A stretch of 64,000 nucleotides of DNA, taken from positions 1 through 64,000 of IMG/VR virus record IMGVR_UViG_3300033068_001610; one strand, 5' to 3'. This DNA is from a virus. Lineage: Duplodnaviria > Heunggongvirae > Uroviricota > Caudoviricetes. The translations under genes and the position numbers were made by a program. The notes under the pieces were generated by a model. The model was not told the origin of the DNA and ran no database searches. It saw nothing but the letters and a program-made list of their open reading frames with translations. Each line of letters starts with the position of its first letter. Position 1 is the stretch's first letter. Below, one piece after another: positions 8,389 to 15,256 of this stretch.

Positions 8389-8843
8389 GAGTTTAAATCA
8401 TCAAGGTTAGGCATATTTTTTTGCTTTAACATTTCTTGAAGTTTTTTTCTTTCTTCAGAATCAAAAGCAACAACTTTCATTGAAAGTCCTTTACCAATTG
8501 GAAATGCTCCTTGTTCAGATAATTCTGCTAAAGCATCTTCATCTAAATCTTTGATTTGTTTGATTTGAGATTCTAAATCTTCTAAATCACCACTTAATTT
8601 AGTACTTAAAGATTTAAGTTCTCCCTGAATTTTATCAACTACTGATATTGTTGCCAATAACAACAATTCATTATATGATAATTTATCAGCTAACATTTCA
8701 GCCAATTGTGTTTGTGCTAATTGTTTATGAACAACTTCATTAGCAATTTTGTTTAATCGATCTGCATGTTCTTGCATATCTTTTTCTGTGAAACCCATTC
8801 CTTTAATTAAGGAGCTTGAGTTATGATCAAAATTTGTTTTCAT
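8376..8843 (-). CDS. small protein, paralog C of FDH/LSYNELL family (longer, coiled-coil C-terminus)
   Basis: MKTNFDHNSSSLIKGMGF ... ADKLSYNELLLLATISVVDKI. Stop overlaps the start of the ATPase gene. Confidence 0.5.
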   Translation of the reverse strand: MKTNFDHNSSSLIKGMGFTEKDMQEHADRLNKIANEVVHKQLAQTQLAEMLADKLSYNELLLLATISVVDKIQGELKSLSTKLSGDLEDLESQIKQIKDLDEDALAELSEQGAFPIGKGLSMKVVAFDSEERKKLQEMLKQKNMPNLDDLNSCKD

Positions 8844-8854
8844 TATTTATTGTT

Positions 8855-9103
8855 TTAAGGGAGTTTATTTAATAAGTATGTTCTGGTTTCAAATTGATAC
8901 CAATACACACCATTTGGCATTTTAATAACACATCTATTTGCTATCCCAAGGATGCAACTAAATTGAACTTTCATAACTGTCCTAACCCAAGAATTATCCA
9001 ACACTGCAACAGGTTCAAATTCTTCAGTATCTATCCAAACTGGATAAGATAAAGAAGAGTGCATTATATCACCCTTCTTTTCATTGATTACATCAACAGC
9101 CAT
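8855..9103 (-). CDS. hypothetical protein
   Basis: 82-aa ORF in packed operon. Confidence 0.4.
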   Translation of the reverse strand: MAVDVINEKKGDIMHSSLSYPVWIDTEEFEPVAVLDNSWVRTVMKVQFSCILGIANRCVIKMPNGVYWYQFETRTYLLNKLP

Positions 9104-9105
9104 AA

Positions 9106-9348
9106 TTAATATGTATCAAGTTTATATCCAAGAGCTACAAGTTCTTCAGATTTATAAAATCTATCTAATTCAATTTTTGGGTCTTCAGAAAAATCATCAA
9201 TTTCATAAGCTCGTATATCATCAAACTTTGGAACTAATTTTAATTCTAATATTTTAGCAGTTGCTTCTTCTGAATTACTAGCTTCAACAACACACACTCC
9301 TTGATTCTTCCCTTGATAGGAAAATGAAAACCAATATGTTTTTTTCAT
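9106..9348 (-). CDS. hypothetical protein
   Basis: 80-aa ORF in packed operon. Confidence 0.4.
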   Translation of the reverse strand: MKKTYWFSFSYQGKNQGVCVVEASNSEEATAKILELKLVPKFDDIRAYEIDDFSEDPKIELDRFYKSEELVALGYKLDTY

Positions 9349-9359
9349 AATGTTATGTA

Positions 9360-9641
9360 TTAATAGATTTCATAATCTTCTTCTGGTTTAACAACTAATT
9401 CAAATGCATCTTCATACACTTGAATTCTATCACCTTTATGATAAGTAGAATAATTCATATTATTCATAACCACACCTTTTTGTACACTTACATGCATAAG
9501 CTTTTTAGTATAACTAGGACTAAGATCAGGATTTATAACAACTAATTCTTCAACATCTTTTAGTTGCATATAATTACTTTGTTTTTTTCCTACTATTGGC
9601 TTAATGATGTCTCCTTTTTTAAATTTAGGGATATTTGCCAT
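9360..9641 (-). CDS. hypothetical protein
   Basis: 93-aa ORF; start overlaps upstream stop. Confidence 0.4.
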   Translation of the reverse strand: MANIPKFKKGDIIKPIVGKKQSNYMQLKDVEELVVINPDLSPSYTKKLMHVSVQKGVVMNNMNYSTYHKGDRIQVYEDAFELVVKPEEDYEIY

Positions 9642-10114
9642 TAGTCCTCATTTAAAAGTTCACTAATTTTAGCCAAATCATTAGCCAATTTCATCTCTTG
9701 AGATAAATTAGCTTCTAATGTAGCTTTTACGCTTCTCAATTTGTCAAGTTCTTTTTTATGACTGATTTCAGCAATTTTAAGAACTATAACATCACGCCAA
9801 GCTTGAGGAGAATGTCCTTCAATAATAAGTACAGGTTTTTTAATACCTTCAGGAAGATATTTATCTGCAGCATTATTATAAGATTCTTGTTTACCATCAA
9901 TAGATGCACAAGCTTGTAATAGCTTCATTACATCATTAATGTTAGCAATTGGTCCAAATCCTGGTAATCCTGTAGTAATAACAGGTACAGTTGAATCATT
10001 TTTACTTAATTCTTTAATTTTAGAATTAACTGTTTCTAATAAAGCAGGAATATCTGCTTGTGTGAACTTTGTTTGTGTGCTTACAGCTACACTTTCTGGT
10101 GCTTTTGGTTCCAT
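9641..10114 (-). CDS. hypothetical protein
   Basis: 157-aa ORF. Confidence 0.45.
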   Translation of the reverse strand: MEPKAPESVAVSTQTKFTQADIPALLETVNSKIKELSKNDSTVPVITTGLPGFGPIANINDVMKLLQACASIDGKQESYNNAADKYLPEGIKKPVLIIEGHSPQAWRDVIVLKIAEISHKKELDKLRSVKATLEANLSQEMKLANDLAKISELLNED

Positions 10115-10139
10115 TTGTTTTAAGGGATTTGATTTATAA

Positions 10140-10397
10140 TTATTCTATTGTAATATACTGTTTGTATTGTTTTCCTGTTTTTTTGGAAGTTTTAACAATA
10201 AAAAATCTTCCTTTAGATGTAACATAAACAGGATAGTTTACATCTTTGATTGTAATGACATCACCAGTCAATCTAGGTTGTGCAACTGGTGTAGTCAATG
10301 AGACTAACTGACCACTACTATTTCTAGTGTAAGTGGTTTGAGCTGATATAGATAGACTAAATAAGCCTAATGCTATAAGAATAAATGTTTTTTTCAT
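10140..10397 (-). CDS. small secreted protein (Bacteroidetes-type signal peptide)
   Basis: MKKTFILIALGLFSLSISAQ then a beta-rich 65-aa mature part. No Cys after the signal, so not a lipoprotein. Confidence 0.5.
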   Translation of the reverse strand: MKKTFILIALGLFSLSISAQTTYTRNSSGQLVSLTTPVAQPRLTGDVITIKDVNYPVYVTSKGRFFIVKTSKKTGKQYKQYITIE

Positions 10398-10804
10398 GTG
10401 TGTATAAATTCAATTGTTCTAAACAATAATTGACGAGGAAATCCATTTCCCATTGGTAATCCATTAGGAACAGCACCATTTAATATGTTTCTAGCATAAT
10501 AATGACATTGTCCAAATGATGGATAACGAGGAAAATCTTTGACAATAATATCAATATATTCTCCTTTAAAAGACAAACTTGGTAGACTGTGTGAACCACT
10601 TGCATGATTAAATGCTTTAGATAGCTCAATAGTATATTTAAATTTTTTCTGATTCGATTTGTGAAAGCACAATCCACCAAATTTCATGTCTTTTGAAACT
10701 AATGTAATCCCAGATATTGTTATATCATTAATATAACTTAATACAGGATTCATAGTTTTATCTTTATAGATACGAAGGATGAAATTAGTCCTCATCCTTC
10801 TCAT
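10394..10804 (-). CDS. hypothetical protein (true start probably internal Met MNPVLSY)
   Basis: 136-aa ORF. The N-terminal 17 aa overlap the 10785 ORF. Confidence 0.4.
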   Translation of the reverse strand: MRRMRTNFILRIYKDKTMNPVLSYINDITISGITLVSKDMKFGGLCFHKSNQKKFKYTIELSKAFNHASGSHSLPSLSFKGEYIDIIVKDFPRYPSFGQCHYYARNILNGAVPNGLPMGNGFPRQLLFRTIEFIHT

Positions 10805-10982
10805 CTATTTTAATTGCTATAAATAAACAACAATTAAATACAAGAAATTGTATAAACCAAATCATTGGTGTATATCTATCAATTTCTAAAGCTCTTCCAT
10901 ATGTAATCATAGCTTCCATAAACAAGGCAAGCAATAATAACATTGATGTTCTTCCTATTAATATGATTATATCTCTTATCAT
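10785..10982 (-). CDS. small 2-TM membrane protein with acidic C-terminus (holin-like topology)
   Basis: Two hydrophobic helices, then EKDED tail; 65 aa. Confidence 0.4.
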   Translation of the reverse strand: MIRDIIILIGRTSMLLLLALFMEAMITYGRALEIDRYTPMIWFIQFLVFNCCLFIAIKIDEKDED

Positions 10983-10986
10983 TTTG

Positions 10987-11199
10987 TTATGAACTTTGTA
11001 AATAAATTGTACATCCTTCTAATCTATTATTTTTTATAGCCCAATCAACATCTATTACAGAACAGTTATATATTTCACCATTATGTTCAATATCAAAATT
11101 GCCTAAACCTTTTACAGGTACTGAAGGTAAATAAATTACTAATTTATCTAATTCAGGAACTCCATCCATATTTGCGAGCATACATTTAATTAAACTCAT
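10987..11199 (-). CDS. hypothetical protein
   Basis: 70-aa ORF; ATG overlaps the stop of the small membrane ORF (ATGA). Confidence 0.4.
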   Translation of the reverse strand: MSLIKCMLANMDGVPELDKLVIYLPSVPVKGLGNFDIEHNGEIYNCSVIDVDWAIKNNRLEGCTIYLQSS

Positions 11200-11360
11200 T
11201 TTTTCCCAAGTTTATAGTTAATGTATATCAAGGATGCTATAAGCATATCAATAATAACAATAAATGCCCAACCTGATGATTTAGCATCAGATTGAACACC
11301 AATGTATGTAAAGCCAATTATGTATAAAATACATAATGTATAGAATATTTTATTTTTCAT
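11196..11360 (-). CDS. small 2-TM membrane protein (54 aa)
   Basis: Unlisted ORF MKNKIFYTLCILYIIGFTYIGVQSDAKSSGWAFIVIIDMLIASLIYINYKLGKK. Translationally coupled (ATGA) to the 10987 gene. Confidence 0.4.
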   Translation of the reverse strand: MKNKIFYTLCILYIIGFTYIGVQSDAKSSGWAFIVIIDMLIASLIYINYKLGKK

Positions 11361-11372
11361 AGTTTTATTTAT

Positions 11373-11609
11373 TTAATCACACCAACTTCTACTACATCCA
11401 GGACAAGATATAATATGAGAGGAAGAAGATAACTCTAATGCTTTATCTTCTCCATATCTCTCAACTAATATTTCTCCTAATGTTTGAAGTGTTCCATAAT
11501 TATTTCTATCTCTATTCCAACCATATGAATGGTTACAAGATCTACTAGCAAACATTGGTAGATTATTATCTTCACAATATTTAGACTGATTTATATAATG
11601 TATATCCAT
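11373..11609 (-). CDS. Cys-rich small protein
   Basis: 78 aa with CxxxxxC...CxxC...CPGCSRSWC. Confidence 0.4.
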   Translation of the reverse strand: MDIHYINQSKYCEDNNLPMFASRSCNHSYGWNRDRNNYGTLQTLGEILVERYGEDKALELSSSSHIISCPGCSRSWCD

Positions 11610-11613
11610 AATA

Positions 11614-11868
11614 TTATGTATTAAAATATGTTATTGGATTTTGACCTTTCAATATCATTGATTTAAACAAACTTATAGCATCTAAAAAATCATTTTCAGT
11701 ATCAGCAGATAAATAAACACCATTAGTATCATTTCCTTCAATAATCCATTCAACTGCTTCTAATTGTTTATTAATAATAAGTAAACAATCAGAACTAATT
11801 GCAATGTAATCTTTAAACCCATCATATTGTACGTTGGGTTTAATTACTGTAAGAGCAAGTGTTTCCAT
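11614..11868 (-). CDS. hypothetical protein
   Basis: 84-aa ORF. Confidence 0.4.
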   Translation of the reverse strand: METLALTVIKPNVQYDGFKDYIAISSDCLLIINKQLEAVEWIIEGNDTNGVYLSADTENDFLDAISLFKSMILKGQNPITYFNT

Positions 11869-11874
11869 AATTAT

Positions 11875-12183
11875 TTAATTATAATTATTTATTCTTTTCC
11901 ACAATCTCTCAACAAATGTTGTATTACCTTTAGCTTCCACTTGAGCTAAGTATTCAGGAAGTTTTGATGTTCCACATAAATGCCAAGATTGATGTAATAA
12001 TCTATTAGGAAGTATTAATTCCCTAACATCTCCTTTCAAATCAAGCCAATCATCATATAATACAAAAGCTTTATCCATAGGAATAGATATTTCTCCACTA
12101 CAAGACCAAGATTCTAATAGTCCAGTAAAATATTCATTCAAATCTTTAATCATATGTTCTCTAGTAATAGTAAATGTTGCCAT
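11875..12183 (-). CDS. hypothetical protein
   Basis: 102-aa ORF; first gene of the packed leftward operon after a 350-bp non-coding gap. Confidence 0.45.
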   Translation of the reverse strand: MATFTITREHMIKDLNEYFTGLLESWSCSGEISIPMDKAFVLYDDWLDLKGDVRELILPNRLLHQSWHLCGTSKLPEYLAQVEAKGNTTFVERLWKRINNYN

Positions 12184-12494
12184 AATGCTATATTATTTAT
12201 GTTGTTAATGTGTTTTTGTGTATTTGTTTTAGGAGATTTATTGCTTTGAGAGTCTCCACACTCCCTTTCCAACCTATTCACATCATCTAAAATATTAGAA
12301 GATTATCAATAAAACGTGATTTTCATTGAAGAATAGTTATAACGCTCGTCGTAGAAAGTTTTAATTTCTGAGAATAATGCAATAAAGAGAATAATGAGCC
12401 CTGATTCTCACATATCAAGGCCCATTTTCCCTTCAAAAAACAAATTCACACATTATACATTCTACTGGTTTCTATGTCACCACCCAATTTCAAA

Positions 12495-12544
12495 GCGTTT
12501 TCAACCCACCCTATATATAGGGAAAAAAGAGCTTATGCTCTTTT
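12495..12544 (-). terminator. hairpin (AAAAGAGC-AUAA-GCUCUUUU, stop codon in loop) + U-tract, followed by CCCTATATATAGGG palindrome
   Basis: Inverted repeat 12525-12544 directly at the stop of the 12533-13015 gene; perfect 14-nt palindrome 12509-12522. Confidence 0.35.
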
Positions 12545-13015
12545 CTCCCATTCAAATTTGGTAGCAACTTTAGGCGTAGCCTTAAGCTTGGTATCAGATT
12601 TGATTTTAGTTGCTGACATATTGTCTGCAACGTATTCCTCGCCAAGATAAAGAGCGAGATCAAGAATTGGCTCGTCTTTATCGTCGAAGAGGATTTCACC
12701 TCGACGATTTCGTCGTGGTGTCCACTCGCCAACAACGTTAGTTGTTAAGAGTTGGTTCATAAGTTGAGTGTACTCAGCTTGTGAACTTGCACCACGAATG
12801 GCGTCAGACATTTCTTGTGTGCACAAGAGCTTGAATTCTTCTTCAGAAGAATTAAATGCTCTTATAAGCAATCGAACTTCGTCTTTCTCGAAGTTGCTAT
12901 TGCTCCAAAGTTCGACAGAACCTTTGTCGCCTAATAAGGCGTTAAGAACACCAAGCTTGGTTGTTCTTGTAGTAACGTTTACGTTACTTTGAAATTTAAC
13001 GATAGGTAATTTCAT
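12533..13015 (-). CDS. hypothetical protein, GC-rich island gene (start at internal Met MKLPIV)
   Basis: 160 aa. Clearly higher GC (~42%) and CGT/TCG/CGA codons unlike neighbours. The upstream 52 codons of the listed ORF (MIFWKIKKNFFF...) are read-through of the AT-rich control region. Confidence 0.5.
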   Translation of the reverse strand: MKLPIVKFQSNVNVTTRTTKLGVLNALLGDKGSVELWSNSNFEKDEVRLLIRAFNSSEEEFKLLCTQEMSDAIRGASSQAEYTQLMNQLLTTNVVGEWTPRRNRRGEILFDDKDEPILDLALYLGEEYVADNMSATKIKSDTKLKATPKVATKFEWEKRA

Positions 13016-13392
13016 AATAATTAAATTTAATTTATTAAATTTGATGTGGGGGATATCCCCACTTTTTAATTTTGTGTGGGGTTTTGTATTGGAAGTGGAC
13101 TTAATCAGCAGACATATAATCCTTTTCCTAATTTTGAAAAAAAAATTTTTTTTAATTTTCCAGAAAATCAAGGGTTTAGCTTCAGCGATAAAAAAAATAT
13201 TTTTCTGGCCCAGAAAAAGTTTCTACCTTTGGTGGGTGGGTGGGTTTGTTCTTAATGTATTTACCAACTTTTCTTTCTTCCTTTATATAGAAAATACAGA
13301 TAATGTAGGAATATTTGAGTATAATATAGCAATTGAATTAAAAAAAATATTGTTAATTCATTTTATGTTTATATCTTTGTACAAACTAAATT
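13016..13392. promoter_or_regulatory. divergent control region / candidate origin
   Basis: GGGGATATCCCC palindrome (13048-13059). TGTGGGG direct repeats (13044, 13074). A9T8 palindrome (13137-13153). TTTTCTGGCCCAGAAAA palindrome (13201-13217) with an extra CCAGAAAA half-site (13160-13167). G4 motif GGTGGGTGGGTGGG (13231-13244). Confidence 0.5.
13350..13379 (+). promoter_or_regulatory. Bacteroidetes-type promoter (TTG - 19 nt - TATCTTTG) for the rightward operon
   Basis: TTG at 13350-13352 and TAnnTTTG match at 13372-13379; ATG of first gene at 13393. Confidence 0.35.
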
Positions 13393-13755
13393 ATGGAACC
13401 AGTGATAATTCAGAAATTAAAACTGTCCTCAGAGGATAAGTATAAACAGGCTGAGAAATACTATGCTGTTCTTTCAGCTATTAATAATTTACATTTGACA
13501 GAGCGAGAACTTCAGCTCATTGCTTTTACAGCTATTCATGGTAATATGTCATATGCTTATATTAGGGAAGAATTTTGTGCTAAATATAAGACTACCAATC
13601 CTACGATTAATAATATTATTTCTAAGTTGAAAAAAATGGGTGTCCTTGTTAAGGAGGCTGGAAAGATTAAGGTGAATCCTGTTATTGTTCTGGATTTTGA
13701 AAAAGAAATAAGGCTGGCAATAACATTAAACATCAAGGAAAATGAAGCCAGCTAG
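13393..13755 (+). CDS. putative DNA-binding/regulatory protein
   Basis: 120 aa. Helix-turn-helix-like LTERELQLIAF... and winged-helix-like KLKKMGVLVKEAGKIKVNP. Confidence 0.4.
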   Translation: MEPVIIQKLKLSSEDKYKQAEKYYAVLSAINNLHLTERELQLIAFTAIHGNMSYAYIREEFCAKYKTTNPTINNIISKLKKMGVLVKEAGKIKVNPVIVLDFEKEIRLAITLNIKENEAS

Positions 13756-14092
13756 TATGACATTGAAGGAATATTTACAGAAGAGACTATCAGTCTCTTT
13801 AGTTGTTCCTGAAAGAATTATTGATTCAGTGATAACACATCAGTTTGATAGTGCCAATGATGCTCTTAATACTAACAAGAGTATTGAAATCTCTGGATTT
13901 GGAAAGTTTTATTTTAATGAGAAGAGAGCTGTCAAGTTGATGGATAAATATTTGAGCCAAAAGGAAGTTTTTACAAGAATTCTTTTGGATGAAACTATAT
14001 CTCCTCAAAGAAAGAGAGGAATGGAAATGAAATTGGAACAGAATGCTGTTAATATAAAAATGTTAAAACCAAAAATAAATGGATCTGTCTAA
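13742..14092 (+). CDS. HU/IHF-like DNA-binding protein
   Basis: TLKEYLQKRL...IIDSVITHQFDSANDALNTNKSIEISGFGKFYFNEKRA aligns to the HU helix1-helix2 and beta-arm start (..V.L.GFG.F.V..R.AR). Confidence 0.5.
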   Translation: MKPASMTLKEYLQKRLSVSLVVPERIIDSVITHQFDSANDALNTNKSIEISGFGKFYFNEKRAVKLMDKYLSQKEVFTRILLDETISPQRKRGMEMKLEQNAVNIKMLKPKINGSV

Positions 14093-14369
14093 GATATATG
14101 AAGGATGGAAAAACAATTATTTTCCTCCAGAAGAATTAAAAGAAGTGATAGCTTCAGCACAGGGATTTCGTTTAGAGATTTGTAAAACATGCCCTGAACA
14201 TTCAGCGAATAAAAAGGAAGCTTCTATAAGATGGGATGATCATTGTACAAATTGTGGATGCACCCTGTCTGCCAAAACAGCTTGTTTAACTTGTGAGTGT
14301 CCATTAAAAAAATGGGTAGCAGTGTTGACAGATGAACAACAAAAAGAAATTTTAAATCCAAAGAGATGA
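14079..14369 (+). CDS. Cys-rich putative zinc-binding protein
   Basis: CKTCPEH...HCTNCGC...CLTCEC; 96 aa. Confidence 0.45.
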   Translation: MDLSKIYEGWKNNYFPPEELKEVIASAQGFRLEICKTCPEHSANKKEASIRWDDHCTNCGCTLSAKTACLTCECPLKKWVAVLTDEQQKEILNPKR

Positions 14370-14632
14370 AAAATAAATTAAACGTTAATACATTGAGAAA
14401 GATTCCTCTCAAAGTGTTTATAGATACACTGATTGATATATACAATAGTGGAGTGGATTATATTGATATTGTTGGTAAAAATAGTCCTACTAACAAGAAG
14501 GATATTATCAATATTAGGGTGAGACCAGAATATAAAACACAGGATATTGTTGAATATAATTATTATGATGGTGAGGATGAGGATGTTGAAGAGAAACCTT
14601 TCTCTGATAAAGACATTTCAGATTTAATATAA
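14366..14632 (+). CDS. hypothetical protein (acidic C-terminus)
   Basis: 88 aa; overlaps upstream stop. Confidence 0.45.
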   Translation: MKNKLNVNTLRKIPLKVFIDTLIDIYNSGVDYIDIVGKNSPTNKKDIINIRVRPEYKTQDIVEYNYYDGEDEDVEEKPFSDKDISDLI

Positions 14633-14920
14633 ATGAAGATGAATAAACCAAACTACCCTAGTAAGATTCTAAAAGTTTTAGAACAACTAAAAAGAGATTT
14701 TCCTCATTGTAATTTAGGAAGACATTTAGCAACAGCTCTTGATGAACAAGATTTGTGGAGCCTTTCAGATAAGGACATGTTTAATTATTTAGATGAATAT
14801 GCTTCAGAGTTGTCAATGGACAAGCCACATGAAGATGAGGAGTTGGATAATATTATAAAGGGTGGAATGAATTTAACCTCCCTCATCTATGATGATGAAG
14901 ATGAGGACGAACAAGAATAA
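14633..14920 (+). CDS. hypothetical acidic protein
   Basis: 95 aa, DDEDEDEQE tail. Confidence 0.45.
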   Translation: MKMNKPNYPSKILKVLEQLKRDFPHCNLGRHLATALDEQDLWSLSDKDMFNYLDEYASELSMDKPHEDEELDNIIKGGMNLTSLIYDDEDEDEQE

Positions 14921-14922
14921 AA

Positions 14923-15255
14923 ATGGCAGTAACAAAAACTACATATGTAAATGCAGAACTTGATTGGGCTGAGACACAATTAACCAGCTGGAAAAATTAT
15001 GTTGATGCAAATCCTTTACATGAAATGAAGGATAGAGTTGAATATAAGGAGACTAGGGCAGGAGGAGTAATGCCAATGATTGTGGCTACAATTGAAGCTC
15101 AAGGAAAATTTGTTCAAGAGACAATGAAAAACTATTTGGCTCTTCTTGAACAAGTTGAAAAGCTCAGGGAAAAAGAAGAGAATAAAAAAGTTGCTGTGAG
15201 GGGGGATGTTCAACTAGGAAGCATGGCTGATGAGTTTTTAACAAGAAGAAAATAA
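14923..15255 (+). CDS. hypothetical protein, possible small terminase subunit by position
   Basis: 110 aa, immediately upstream of TerL and coupled to it (stop 2 nt before the TerL ATG). Positional evidence only. Confidence 0.3.
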   Translation: MAVTKTTYVNAELDWAETQLTSWKNYVDANPLHEMKDRVEYKETRAGGVMPMIVATIEAQGKFVQETMKNYLALLEQVEKLREKEENKKVAVRGDVQLGSMADEFLTRRK

Positions 15256-15256
15256 C

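Noticed and set aside
13016-13171. N-terminal 52 codons of ORF 12533-13171 (MIFWKIKKNFFFKIRKR...)
   Set aside because: Poly-K/F translation of the A/T-rich control region with a compositional break. The internal Met at 13015 gives a compact gene consistent with the GC-rich body.
14923-15255. Calling the 110-aa ORF upstream of TerL a small terminase
   Set aside because: Only positional evidence; no recognisable TerS motif. Kept as hypothetical with low confidence.
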